DNA from: a virus
Taxonomy: Duplodnaviria > Caudoviricetes
DNA length: 35,387 nt
Virus record (IMG/VR): IMGVR_UViG_3300013767_000214
Location: 1-35,387 of that record
Direction: 5' to 3' (one strand)
A program made the position numbers and the translations under genes. The notes under the pieces were generated by a model. That model saw only the letters and a program-made list of their open reading frames with translations, was not told the origin of the DNA and searched no databases. This document shows positions 16,974 through 26,319 of this stretch, one piece after another; the first letter of the stretch is position 1; every line of letters starts with the position of its first letter.

Positions 16974-18470
16974 TCAGGCCGCGTTGTCGTACTGCAGACG
17001 GAATTGGTTGAGCAGTGCGAAGACGCGCAGACCGTTGATGTAATCCGGCGGGAACAGCACGTTGATGCGGCTCGGATCCTGAGTGTCGCGCTCGACGATC
17101 AGGTGCTCGGCGAACAGCTCGGCGTTTTCCACGTGGCCTTCCAGTTCGAGCTTGGCGTACTGGGCGATCAGCTCACCGCGAATGGTGCTCGGGGTGACGA
17201 TCGGCTGACCGGCGCCGAAGCGGGTACCGTCGGCGGCCAGCTTGTGGCGCCCGTACTTGCTGGTGATCACGCTTTGCAGGCGACGCACGATGAACGCCGA
17301 CTGGTGCATGGTTTCGCTGTCCAGGTAGGAGTTGTCCGCCTGGCCGTAAGCGTTCTTCTGGTAGGTGGTGATCGAGCGCTGAATGCGCACGTAGCCGCCT
17401 TCGTAGTACGCCGTGGCGATACCGTAGTTGAGCAGCGACTGACGCTCGGTCAGGGTGAAGCGCTCGCTGGCCGGGGCCGGATCGACGCCTGGCAGGCTGC
17501 CGCTTTGCGTCGGACGGCTGGCGTCGGCGGAGATGAACACCGAAGTACGGGCAGCCAGGGCGGCGGCCTGAACCCAGAACGGTTGTGGCACACCCGGCTC
17601 CAGCGCCTGGATGGTCACGTGCTGGTCGTTGCGGGTTTGACCGGCAGCCACCAGGGTACCGACCGTACCGCGCTTGGCGGTGTAGACGTGACCGAACAGT
17701 TGCTTGGCCCAGGACCAACGACCGACGCTGTCATCCATGACGGCTTGCCAGGTGTTGAGACTGGCCACATCGGTCCACGGCATGCAGATGAACTCGAATG
17801 GTTCATCGCCCAGCGCAGCGACCGCTGCGACCTGGTCAGGCACACCGGCACCGCCGGTCATTTTACCGATGGCGGTGGTCAGGCCGGCCGGGGTGCTTTC
17901 GCCGTTGCTCTTGCCCAGACGATTGAACTGCAGGCTGATGTCGTTGCCGCTGTCGCCGGTCCATTTGGCATTCAGGGTGACAACGCCTTCGACCGCGGTC
18001 GCGGTGACGGGCAGATCGGCTGCCGCGTTGACTTTCTGGGCCAGGGTGGTGGCCGCCTGAGCGGCGGTCGCGCCGTTGACGATGGCCGCCTGCACACGGA
18101 CACCGCCCACGTACAGGTTGAGCACGCCGCTTTCAGTGGCGGTGCCGGTCAGGGTCAGGACGCCCTTGGCAATGCTGCCTTCGGTGCTGTGCAGCGGCAG
18201 GCACCAGATTTCGCCGACCGGGTCGGTCTTGCGGAAGGTTTCGTACATGGAGGCCAGCATCGAGCCCTGACCGCCAATGCTCTTGGCCAGTGCCACGCTG
18301 GATACCAGCACCAGTTTGCCGACATCGGCGCCGGCCACGTTGTCGTTGACCTGAGCGACGATCAGGCGGCGCATGGCCGACGAAGCGCTATTGGCTGCCG
18401 AGTTGTCCATCTCGGCGTAGAACAGCGGAACACGAATGTCCGCGGGAATGTTGCTGAATCCGATCGCCAT
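16974..18470 (-). CDS. Contractile tail sheath (Mu gpL-like)
   Basis: IP.DIRVPLFYAEMDNS.AN, ITTYQKNAYG..DNSYLDSET, VTPS.IRGEL; 498 aa. Confidence 0.95.
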   Translation of the reverse strand: MAIGFSNIPADIRVPLFYAEMDNSAANSASSAMRRLIVAQVNDNVAGADVGKLVLVSSVALAKSIGGQGSMLASMYETFRKTDPVGEIWCLPLHSTEGSIAKGVLTLTGTATESGVLNLYVGGVRVQAAIVNGATAAQAATTLAQKVNAAADLPVTATAVEGVVTLNAKWTGDSGNDISLQFNRLGKSNGESTPAGLTTAIGKMTGGAGVPDQVAAVAALGDEPFEFICMPWTDVASLNTWQAVMDDSVGRWSWAKQLFGHVYTAKRGTVGTLVAAGQTRNDQHVTIQALEPGVPQPFWVQAAALAARTSVFISADASRPTQSGSLPGVDPAPASERFTLTERQSLLNYGIATAYYEGGYVRIQRSITTYQKNAYGQADNSYLDSETMHQSAFIVRRLQSVITSKYGRHKLAADGTRFGAGQPIVTPSTIRGELIAQYAKLELEGHVENAELFAEHLIVERDTQDPSRINVLFPPDYINGLRVFALLNQFRLQYDNAA

Positions 18471-18652
18471 TAGTTGGCTCCCTCTGGTTGTGCCGCTTGC
18501 ACGGCGTTGATTGTGATATCGCCATCGGCCAGACGTCGGCGCCACCAGGCGCTGTCCGACACTTCACGCCCCTCGCGGGGCAACAGGTCGCCCGCTTCCG
18601 GGTCCGGCACGACACGGCCTTCGGCCGGCAGTACGGTGATGCGTTCGCTCAT
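18470..18652 (-). CDS. DUF2635 / Mu gp38-like small tail protein
   Basis: P.EGR.VPDP..GDLLP.EG..V....WW.RRL.DGD. Confidence 0.88.
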   Translation of the reverse strand: MSERITVLPAEGRVVPDPEAGDLLPREGREVSDSAWWRRRLADGDITINAVQAAQPEGAN

Positions 18653-19233
18653 TGCTTTACGTCTCCTGAAAAAATCATCTCCAGGCGCCCGTCGGGCCCT
18701 GGACGTTTCAAATTGGGGTCCGCCGGGTCGATGGCATCGACCCTTACCGTGACCCCGGTAAAGGACGGCAAGCCGTCCAGTTCACGCTCACGCCAGGTCT
18801 CCGCCGTCTGGCTGGCCCGGTTGCGGCCCAGCTGGAACTCGGCGAAAAAGCGCAGGCGGTAAAGCACGCGAGCGGTGTTGATCGACACCAGCTCACCACC
18901 GTCGTATTCGATCGGGTCGTAGTCCTTGTCCGGCTTGAACCCCACCAGGGCGCGCCATAGTTCGGCGCGCAGGTCGTGCAACAGATCCAGCGCTTTTGTG
19001 CCGTCCGTGGCGTCAAGCACCAGGATGATTTCGAAGCGGTCGCGGATCGGTTGGCGGGTGAGGTTCTGCGCGCTGCTGTCACCGGCCTGATCGGCCAGTG
19101 GGGTGACGTGGGCCGAAGGTGTCGGCAGATCGGCCTTGCCCTGCAGCAAGGCCAGATCGACACCCACCGCAATGTGGTTGGCAAGGCTTGGGCATTGCGC
19201 ACGCAACTGCGTGAGGATCGGGGTGATCTTCAT
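18649..19233 (-). CDS. Tail terminator/completion protein (Mu gp37-like), first gene of module 2
   Basis: LRAELWRALVG..P...Y.PIEYDGG, DPADPN...PGPDGR.E; position before DUF2635 and sheath. Confidence 0.8.
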   Translation of the reverse strand: MKITPILTQLRAQCPSLANHIAVGVDLALLQGKADLPTPSAHVTPLADQAGDSSAQNLTRQPIRDRFEIILVLDATDGTKALDLLHDLRAELWRALVGFKPDKDYDPIEYDGGELVSINTARVLYRLRFFAEFQLGRNRASQTAETWRERELDGLPSFTGVTVRVDAIDPADPNLKRPGPDGRLEMIFSGDVKQ

Positions 19234-19314
19234 GGTGGTGTTCCAGAATGAAATAGGGTCCGCAGAACCCTGCAAGACCCTGTGGGGTCGGTGTCGAAGC
19301 GAGAAAGGGGTGAA

Positions 19315-20343
19315 TCAGTCCTTGGCTTGAGCCTTGGGATCGAGGCATGTCGCATCGATCAGACAGCGATAGCTGTTCTCGCGGTTGCCACTGGCCGTGA
19401 CCTTGTCGATCGACCAGCGTCCGCGCATGAAGTCCGGCCAGGTCGAATCGAGCAGCACCAGCCCTTCAGCCGCCAGCCGCGGATCGCCGGGGCAGGTGAT
19501 CTTCACCTTGTATTTTTCCCGGAGCATCTTGCGCACTTCGCCCTCGGCTACGGCGATGGCGTCAGCTTCATTGGGCTGGGTCTGGCGCAGGGTCTTGTAC
19601 GGTGCAAGACCGATTTCGACCCAGCGCAACACGCAGGCTGCGGCATCCCAGTAACAGGTCCTGCAGCCCTGAGTCTGCTCGCGGGCGGACTCTTCAAGGG
19701 TGGCGCTGATGAAGGCGTGATCGCCGGGACGATTGTTGCTGGTCACCGACAAGCTCACGTCCGCCAGCACTTTGCCCGACAGCGATTTGATTTGGCCGGG
19801 CCGCGCCAGCACGTACAACTCGTCGAACGGTTTGGCGACCACCTTGTACTTGGTTGCCAGGCGAGTCAGAAAGCTCATGTCGGTTTCGTTGGACTGGTCG
19901 ATGTGCTCGATCCTGATCAACGACACTTCGGGATCGACCCGCGGCGAAAAACCGTGCCGCGACACCAGCTCACGAAACAGCGCACCGAGAGTGGTCGGGC
20001 CGTGACTGGCCGTGCGCCGTTGCTTGAAGCCGGTTTCGTCGACGGCGCTGAACGGTGCGGCGGTGGCCACCAATGTCAGGCGAAAGGGGAACAGTGTCGG
20101 CGTCAGGCGAGTCACTTTGAACTGGCCTTTGTCGACCATTCCCGATTCCAGATAACCGACCAGCAGGCCGATCTTGCCACCCAGACTCGGCAGCCCTTCG
20201 AGTCCTTCCAGATCCAGCGTCAGGGTCAATTGATCGGACTCGATACCGGCGGCATCAATATGCTCCCAACTGATCAGACGCTGATTGAGCAGGGCCGAAT
20301 TGGCCCCGTAGATTTCTACCGCTGGCGTGAACCCCAGTGCCAT
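19315..20343 (-). CDS. P2 gpD-like late control/baseplate hub protein
   Basis: D..G.ESD.L.L.LD, HIDQSNETD..FLTRLA. Confidence 0.9.
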   Translation of the reverse strand: MALGFTPAVEIYGANSALLNQRLISWEHIDAAGIESDQLTLTLDLEGLEGLPSLGGKIGLLVGYLESGMVDKGQFKVTRLTPTLFPFRLTLVATAAPFSAVDETGFKQRRTASHGPTTLGALFRELVSRHGFSPRVDPEVSLIRIEHIDQSNETDMSFLTRLATKYKVVAKPFDELYVLARPGQIKSLSGKVLADVSLSVTSNNRPGDHAFISATLEESAREQTQGCRTCYWDAAACVLRWVEIGLAPYKTLRQTQPNEADAIAVAEGEVRKMLREKYKVKITCPGDPRLAAEGLVLLDSTWPDFMRGRWSIDKVTASGNRENSYRCLIDATCLDPKAQAKD

Positions 20344-20352
20344 GCAACCTCC

Positions 20353-20565
20353 TTAATCCCAGGCAGAGACCGGTTTGATCGCCGCCGGCTTCGAGTCGAG
20401 TTCGGGCAGTACGACCCAGATGCCCGCAGGCAGGACCGGGCCGTGTTCGGCCAGGACCGGATTGAGTTTCCACAGCGCCTCTTCGGCGGCGTCGTCACTG
20501 CGACCGGTTTCGCGGTAGAGCAAAAGATTCACCGAATCACCGGCCACGCTTCGCACCTTACGCAT
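20353..20565 (-). CDS. P2 gpX-like tail protein
   Basis: GDSV..L.YR..G, NP.LA..GPVLPAG..V.LP, terminal WD. Confidence 0.9.
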   Translation of the reverse strand: MRKVRSVAGDSVNLLLYRETGRSDDAAEEALWKLNPVLAEHGPVLPAGIWVVLPELDSKPAAIKPVSAWD

Positions 20566-20941
20566 TGTTGAACTCCGATAATTCAATGATCCAGTCGACC
20601 ACCATTGCCGTGCCGTCATCGATGATCTGGCCTTGGGTTTCCTGAACGGAATTGATTCGCCACAGGCCCCAATTGCGGCCGATCCCATCGATCAGCGGCA
20701 GCGGTATACGCAGAGCCTGTAACACGCGCAGTTCATCGAGCCGATCCATGGCTACCGCGTACATCGACTTGCCGGTGATGGTCAGCGTTTCCGGTTTTTG
20801 TCCGGTCTGGCTGGATTTGGGTTTACTGGTGAGGATCGGCAGCTCTGTCCAGCCTCCGTCCGACTTGCGCAACAAAGAGTGGTACGCGAAGTTGCGCGAC
20901 AGGCCGAAAATGAAACTGCCCAGGGCCATTTGTTGCTTCAT
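20558..20941 (-). CDS. P2 gpU-like tail protein
   Basis: MALG.FIF, P.PLIDG.G..WGLW.I..V.E. Confidence 0.9.
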   Translation of the reverse strand: MKQQMALGSFIFGLSRNFAYHSLLRKSDGGWTELPILTSKPKSSQTGQKPETLTITGKSMYAVAMDRLDELRVLQALRIPLPLIDGIGRNWGLWRINSVQETQGQIIDDGTAMVVDWIIELSEFNNA

Positions 20942-23217
20942 CAGGCGACTCCATCGGTCAGTGCTGCGTTACGTCGGGTGGCAAGGGGGTTGGTACTCAT
21001 CGCCGGAATGAATTCAGCGTTGAAATGGTTTTGCATGACCTGCGAGATCATCGCGCCAACCTTTTCGGAACTGGCGATTTCGCTGCCACTGATCTGAATC
21101 GACGGCGAGTAGGTAAATTGCTGGTTTTGCGTCTGAGCGCTGGACAGATCTTTGGCGACCTGCGCAGGAGGGGCGAGTTTGTCCTCAGGAGGCGTCGCCA
21201 GTTGTTCACCCAGATAGGAACCGGCTATTCCACCCAGAGTCCCACCGATGAATGTTCCGATGCCGGGCGCAATGAACGTACCGATGGCGGCGCCAATGGC
21301 GGCCCCGGCCAGTTCGCCGGCGGCACCTTTGACAGCTTTGTCGTCGCCTTCGCGCCAGCCTTTCAACCCCGTATAGGCGGCGTGGGCAATGGCCAGTGGC
21401 GCGCCAATCTTGACGGCGGGCAATGCCTTGGCAACCATCGGCATGAGCTTGGCCCCGGCGCCTTCAATCAATGGCATGACTTTGGCGCTAGCCCCTTTTA
21501 GCCATTGCGGCCGCAGGTTCTTGGCAACATCGCCCACCATTTTGAATCGGGTTATCGCATCGTCAAACATAGGTGCGATCCTGGCCGTCACACCGCTCAA
21601 GCGGCTGCCCCCACGGGTACCTGGAGCCGTGGTACGAGGCCGGGCCCTGGAAGATGCGCGCCGACCTGATTTGCGACCGGATCGTTTGTTTTTCCGACCA
21701 TTACCGTCGTCATCGCCGGCTATCCCGTCTGCACTATCCGGCGGCAATCGCACGGTTGCCAGGCGCAACAGCTTCTTGTAAGCCACGTCGAGCACCGAGG
21801 CGATGCCGGACTTCAACTTACCTCCCACAAAGGGAGTGGCTGCTGCCCCGAGCAGAACCAGTCCGGCAGTCAGAGCCGGAAAAGCTTCTGCCGCTGCGCT
21901 CACGCCATTGACCAGTGCGGTGAGCCCCACTGCGGCACCATCGGCCAAAGGAGCCAATGCAGTGCCGAACGCGGTAGACAACCGGTTCAGACTCGCATCC
22001 AGCGCATTCCAACGCCCCTGCGAAGTATTACCGAACGCCTCGGCGGATTGCGCCGCTGCACCCGCGTCTGCGCCAAGCTCCGATGTAGCGTATTTGCGCT
22101 TGTCGGCCACCTGCGAGAATGCGTTTTTTACATCCTCCGGTTTCTTCAGCAGCTCAAGAACCCTGGCGTCGTTTTCGCCGAACAGCGTCTTCGTCAGTGC
22201 TGCCCGTTCTTGCACAGGTTGTTTATTGAGTGCCGCAAGAACCGAGTTGATGGCGCCAGGAGCGTCCTTGTGCATCTGGCCGGCCATCGACTCGGGGTCC
22301 AGCCCCAGCTGGGTCAACGCCGCACGCTGCTGCGTCGAAGCCGCTCCGCCCTTGGCCAGCACCGAGGTGATTCCCTTCAGTGCCGCGCTGGCGCCCTCCT
22401 TGTCCGCGCCACTGTTGAGCAGTGCCGCCGCAAATGCGGCCACCTGCTCGGGGGTCAGTCCCGCAGCGATCGCGCTCTCGCCGGAACGTTGCACCACCGA
22501 ACCGATGTCGGCAGCCTTGGCATCCAGGCCACTATTGCCAAGGTGGCTGGTTGCATCGGCCAGATCCTGGCTCTGGTACCGATCCAGCTTCAGCGACGAG
22601 CGCCAGGCCGCCAACATCTCGCCGGCCGTCTTGACGTCCATCTTGAATGCCGATGCGTTGATCGCGGCATCACGGGAGAACCACTTTAGTTCGTTCGCCC
22701 TCTGATCGCCCTTGGCCCCATCGGCAATACCGGATCGGGCTCCGGTGAGTTGCACTTGCAGCAGATCCGCGCTGGTCGCGCCACTGCCCGCCACCTGCTT
22801 CTCACTGGCGAGTTCCAGAATGCTCTGTGAATGCGTCTGCAACTGGTCGTTGTTCAGCTTGAGCAACTGATTGAGTTCAACCAGCGCGGTCTCGTTGGCC
22901 ATGCCCGATTGCATGAGTTTCGGTGGCGGACGTTGCTCGATCTCGGCCTTGAGTTTCGACTTGGGTTCACTGCCGGCCGAAGGGGCCGAGACGCTGACTT
23001 TGACCAAGGATTGCTGCGAGCTCAGTGTTGTATTCAGCGTTTTCAATGTTTCGCCGAGCTTGACCTGTTCCAGGGTCAGCTGGCGGATGTCCAGGCTGGC
23101 CGTGCTCAGCGCCAGGCCCAGATCCGTCACGGACTGCCCGCCCGTCAAGGGGCCGCCGCCAAACGCCATGCCTGACTGTTCGCCGGCGGCCATGAGTGCA
23201 AATCTGTTCTCTGCCAT
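20941..23217 (-). CDS. Tape measure protein, module 1 (758 aa, TP901-type core)
   Basis: Ala-rich helical protein after the chaperone; Gly-rich hydrophobic C-terminal region GAAIGAAIGTFIAPGIG. Confidence 0.9.
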   Translation of the reverse strand: MAENRFALMAAGEQSGMAFGGGPLTGGQSVTDLGLALSTASLDIRQLTLEQVKLGETLKTLNTTLSSQQSLVKVSVSAPSAGSEPKSKLKAEIEQRPPPKLMQSGMANETALVELNQLLKLNNDQLQTHSQSILELASEKQVAGSGATSADLLQVQLTGARSGIADGAKGDQRANELKWFSRDAAINASAFKMDVKTAGEMLAAWRSSLKLDRYQSQDLADATSHLGNSGLDAKAADIGSVVQRSGESAIAAGLTPEQVAAFAAALLNSGADKEGASAALKGITSVLAKGGAASTQQRAALTQLGLDPESMAGQMHKDAPGAINSVLAALNKQPVQERAALTKTLFGENDARVLELLKKPEDVKNAFSQVADKRKYATSELGADAGAAAQSAEAFGNTSQGRWNALDASLNRLSTAFGTALAPLADGAAVGLTALVNGVSAAAEAFPALTAGLVLLGAAATPFVGGKLKSGIASVLDVAYKKLLRLATVRLPPDSADGIAGDDDGNGRKNKRSGRKSGRRASSRARPRTTAPGTRGGSRLSGVTARIAPMFDDAITRFKMVGDVAKNLRPQWLKGASAKVMPLIEGAGAKLMPMVAKALPAVKIGAPLAIAHAAYTGLKGWREGDDKAVKGAAGELAGAAIGAAIGTFIAPGIGTFIGGTLGGIAGSYLGEQLATPPEDKLAPPAQVAKDLSSAQTQNQQFTYSPSIQISGSEIASSEKVGAMISQVMQNHFNAEFIPAMSTNPLATRRNAALTDGVA

Positions 23218-23223
23218 GCCGCT

Positions 23224-23394
23224 CTACTCCTGTTTCACGCCAAGGCGAGTGATCGCTATGTCGTAGCGGCGCAACGCCTTTTCGGCGTCCCATTCCAGAA
23301 TGTCCGCCTCACTTACCGGGTAAATGAGCGGCACGATATCGAGGATTACTTCGATGTCGCGTTCCGAAAGTAGGCCGCCGGCTGGTTTAAAAAA
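23224..23394 (-). CDS. -1 frameshift extension of the module 1 tail chaperone (E+E' type)
   Basis: Slippery T TTT TTA at 23388-23394; -1 frame KPAGGLLSERDIEVILDIVPLIY...LEWDAEKALRRYDIAITRLGVKQE* ends 6 nt before the tape measure ATG. Confidence 0.82.
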   Translation of the reverse strand, partial: FFKPAGGLLSERDIEVILDIVPLIYPVSEADILEWDAEKALRRYDIAITRLGVKQE

Positions 23395-23927
23395 TCGTCT
23401 ATGCGCACCTGCAGCTGAGTCCAGTCAGGAACGGTCAGTTGGGCCAGATCGGGGATCATCAGGCCGGTGCAGTGAGCGGTGATGAACTCGGCGCGTTCCT
23501 TGGCCGTTTTCAGTTTCTTCATCACTTTGGTGGCACGCAGCGCCGGCATTTCCAGGCTCAGCGAGTTCACGGTGCGGCCGGTGACGGCGAGCGGCTTGAG
23601 CAGCTGTACCTGATCGGGGTCGTCCGACGGCTGTGCGTCTTCAACCTGATCCAGAAAGTACGACGCCGGACGGGTCGACATCTCGTGTACGTACTGGGCG
23701 ATGCTCACGTAGTCCGGGCGTTTGAGCTGGTCGAGTTCCTTGACCGACAACCCGGTGGCCAGCAGCGCCAGTTCGAAGAACTGATCGTCTTCATCATCGC
23801 CGGCGCGTTCCAGCGCTTCTTTTTGCGCGGCGTAGAACAGCGGCTTGAGCTGGATCTGCTCGATCTGCGAGCCGTCGTCACCGGTGATCGGCGACAACAA
23901 GTCATGCTTGGGTGGCATCCACGACAT
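23346..23927 (-). CDS. Tail assembly chaperone (gpE-like, two tandem domains)
   Basis: Between tube and tape measure; two similar halves ending TGL...L.QL..PD[YW]. Confidence 0.85.
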   Translation of the reverse strand: MSWMPPKHDLLSPITGDDGSQIEQIQLKPLFYAAQKEALERAGDDEDDQFFELALLATGLSVKELDQLKRPDYVSIAQYVHEMSTRPASYFLDQVEDAQPSDDPDQVQLLKPLAVTGRTVNSLSLEMPALRATKVMKKLKTAKERAEFITAHCTGLMIPDLAQLTVPDWTQLQVRIDDFLNQPAAYFRNATSK

Positions 23928-23958
23928 GAAAGGAATTCCTTGGTGATTCTTGAGGGTC

Positions 23959-24053
23959 CCTGTGGGAGCGAGCTTGCTCGCGATGACGGCGTCACATTCG
24001 ACATTGATGTCGACTGATCTACCGCTATCGTGGGCAAGCCCGCCCCCCACAGG
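23959..24053. repeat. REP doublet (REPIN)
   Basis: CCTGTGGGAGCGAGCTTGCTCGCGAT ... ATCGTGGGCAAGCCCGCCCCCCACAGG imperfect inverted pair, fluorescent-pseudomonad REP style. Confidence 0.85.
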
Positions 24054-24078
24054 TTTTGTGTCAGGTACGCCTACCGGA

Positions 24079-24585
24079 TTACGGCATCAGCACCGCACGA
24101 CGCGCATCACCGAGGATGTCGACGCCGTTGAACACGAACTTCTGGGTGCGCACGTCGATGTCGATCACCGGCACGCCGTTTTCCAGGCGGTTGTAGGTAC
24201 GGCAGGACAGCTCCAGATTGGTCTTGGGTTTATCGCCCATTTTCACCGGGGTTTCCTCAAGGGATTTCAACTTGCCGCCGACGGTGTGGTAGGTGAACCA
24301 GGTGTTGCCGTCCTGATCCTGACCGGCTTCGCGCACGTTCAGCAGGATGTCGTCGCCCAGCTTCACACCCAGCGCGAGCATGACTTCCGGGCCAAGGCCT
24401 TGCAGGGTCAACTTGGCGCCGAGCGCTTTGCCGCCCTTGACCATTTCTTCGACGATAAAGCGCCCGCCACGCATCTCTTCCATGTCGAATTCGATCTTCG
24501 GCGGGGTGAACTCTTCAACGGTCGCCGACAGCGGCAGGCCTTGCAGGGTGGCCGCGATGGCCTGTCTTACGCGGTTGGTAAACAT
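24079..24585 (-). CDS. Major tail tube protein (P2 FII-like)
   Basis: EEFTPPKI, EMRGG, IDID......NGVD; follows the sheath. Confidence 0.9.
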   Translation of the reverse strand: MFTNRVRQAIAATLQGLPLSATVEEFTPPKIEFDMEEMRGGRFIVEEMVKGGKALGAKLTLQGLGPEVMLALGVKLGDDILLNVREAGQDQDGNTWFTYHTVGGKLKSLEETPVKMGDKPKTNLELSCRTYNRLENGVPVIDIDVRTQKFVFNGVDILGDARRAVLMP

Positions 24586-25751
24586 TAGAGAACGTCCTCC
24601 AGGAACTGCTCGATGATTTCGTCACGGGCGTTGAGTTGATAAACCATGTGTTCGTTCGGCGCGTAGCGGCCGTAGTCGATGACCACGTACCAGGTGCCGT
24701 TCTTGTACTTCTCGACGCTGTTCAGCTCGGGGTGCAGGTACACGCTGCCGCCGGGGATGGTTTCGTCGGCGACCAGGGTTTGCAGCCAATCGTTGATGCG
24801 CTTGACCTCCTGGTCCATGAACGACTTGGTCAGGTTCTTGGCCATGGCCTTCTGACCGGCCTTGACCAGCTTGCGGCTGATGGCGTCTTCCAGGCCCACG
24901 TAGCTGATGAACTTGCCGGTGATGGAGCGGTTACCCAGCAACGAGAAACCGCCGAGCACGGTGCGAGCGTAGTAGCTGATGCCGTAGCGGTTGAGCAGGT
25001 CGCCTTCGGTCGAAGTGTCGAGGATGTTGTATTCCACGGTCCGCGAAACGTCTTCGGCGTAAGTCACCTGGTTGCCCGGGCTCTCCCACTGCTTGACCTT
25101 GGCCAGCGCGGCGATGGCCAGGCTCGACGGCGCCAGGAACACGTTCTTCTTCGCCGCCTTGGAGTACACGGCCGGCATGTTGTGCACGACGAGGCAGCGA
25201 TCGAAACCCAGATCCGCGCCACCCAGCTCCTTGCTGTAGGTCACCTGGTCGGCGACCGAGGCGTCCTTGCCGTCGAGCACCACACGGGCCTTGATGCGCT
25301 TGCCGAACGAGGCGAACTCGCTGGCCACCGCCTTGGTGCCGGTGAAGCCTGGAGCACCGATGATGGTCAGGTCTTCCGGGACACTGCCCAGGGCAGCCAG
25401 GCCGAGCTTGCGGCCGGTGGTGGCGTCGATGCCGCCAATCACGTTGTTGACAGTGTCGGCCGGGGTCGCGCCCGCCTCGACGATCACCACATACACCGGC
25501 ACCTTGACCACTTTGAGGATCTGGTACACCGCGTGATACAGGGTGCCTTCCTCGGAACCGGTCGGGTCCAGCAGCGCCTGGGTGGTGAAGCTGTTGATGC
25601 GGAACGGTGCGTTGCGCGGAATCAGCGGATCGGCCTTCGGCGCGGTGCCGACCAGACCGATGACGTTGTCACCCAGGCCACCCATGGCCTCGGGGGATTC
25701 AGTGGCATTCACGGTAATGCCGTTGTGCTCGAAGTTCAGAACCTCAGCCAT
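24585..25751 (-). CDS. Contractile tail sheath (P2 FI-like)
   Basis: FEHNGI, VIGLVGTAP, IIGAPGF, WESPGN, GF.LLGNR, PNEH; 388 aa. Confidence 0.93.
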   Translation of the reverse strand: MAEVLNFEHNGITVNATESPEAMGGLGDNVIGLVGTAPKADPLIPRNAPFRINSFTTQALLDPTGSEEGTLYHAVYQILKVVKVPVYVVIVEAGATPADTVNNVIGGIDATTGRKLGLAALGSVPEDLTIIGAPGFTGTKAVASEFASFGKRIKARVVLDGKDASVADQVTYSKELGGADLGFDRCLVVHNMPAVYSKAAKKNVFLAPSSLAIAALAKVKQWESPGNQVTYAEDVSRTVEYNILDTSTEGDLLNRYGISYYARTVLGGFSLLGNRSITGKFISYVGLEDAISRKLVKAGQKAMAKNLTKSFMDQEVKRINDWLQTLVADETIPGGSVYLHPELNSVEKYKNGTWYVVIDYGRYAPNEHMVYQLNARDEIIEQFLEDVL

Positions 25752-25753
25752 GG

Positions 25754-25975
25754 TTATTCAGCCTTCTTGGTGGTGGCCTTCACGGCCTTGGTGGATGGGG
25801 TGGCCGCTTCGGCCGGTTGGCGCGCCGCAAGGACGCTGGTCAGTTCCAGGCGGCCGGCGGCACGCAAGGCACTGGCCTCGACATCAAGCAGTTCGAGCTC
25901 CTGGCCGACGCTCGACCAGTGGCCGCCCCCGGTGGGGAACGGCACCAGGACGGTGTATTTCTGGCGGATGGACAT
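25754..25975 (-). CDS. Small hypothetical protein preceding the sheath
   Basis: GGAG RBS; YTVLVPFP.GGGHW...GQEL.L...A..L..AGRL; ends 2 nt before the sheath ATG. Confidence 0.75.
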   Translation of the reverse strand: MSIRQKYTVLVPFPTGGGHWSSVGQELELLDVEASALRAAGRLELTSVLAARQPAEAATPSTKAVKATTKKAE

Positions 25976-25995
25976 GTGCGAATTTCTCCAGATGC

Positions 25996-26055
25996 AAAAA
26001 CGCAAAAGCCCCTGTGCGGGGCTTTGTGCGGGCGAAAAAAAACCGCTTGCGCGGT
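25996..26055 (-). terminator. Two tandem intrinsic terminators after the module 1 fibre cassette
   Basis: ACCGC-gcaa-GCGG-T8 (26035-26055) then AAAGCCCC-gcaca-GGGGCTTTT-GCG-T5 (25996-26025). Confidence 0.75.
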
Positions 26056-26061
26056 GAGGGA

Positions 26062-26319
26062 TTACTTCAGGAAAGCAGGTGGCTCAGGCCAAACGACCGC
26101 AAACGGGTCGCCGATGTCTTGTGGAACATCACGCAGAGCCTGCCGGTAGATCACTACCTCGTTGCGCTGCGCCTCGCTCAATGGGTGATCCACAGTCTGC
26201 ATGGCGTCTGTAACGGCCAACAACTGATTGCGGCGCGTACGAATTGAAGCCCATTCAGCCAGGGCAATAGACTCAGGATTGGTTTTATACTGTGCCTTCA
26301 CTTCATTAACCTCGCTCAA
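26062..26319 (-). CDS. Phage tail (fibre) assembly chaperone
   Basis: W..IR..RN.LL..TD.....D.P.......YRQALRDVPQ...P..V.WP..P; TTG start abutting the upstream stop. Confidence 0.85.
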   Translation of the reverse strand: MSEVNEVKAQYKTNPESIALAEWASIRTRRNQLLAVTDAMQTVDHPLSEAQRNEVVIYRQALRDVPQDIGDPFAVVWPEPPAFLK

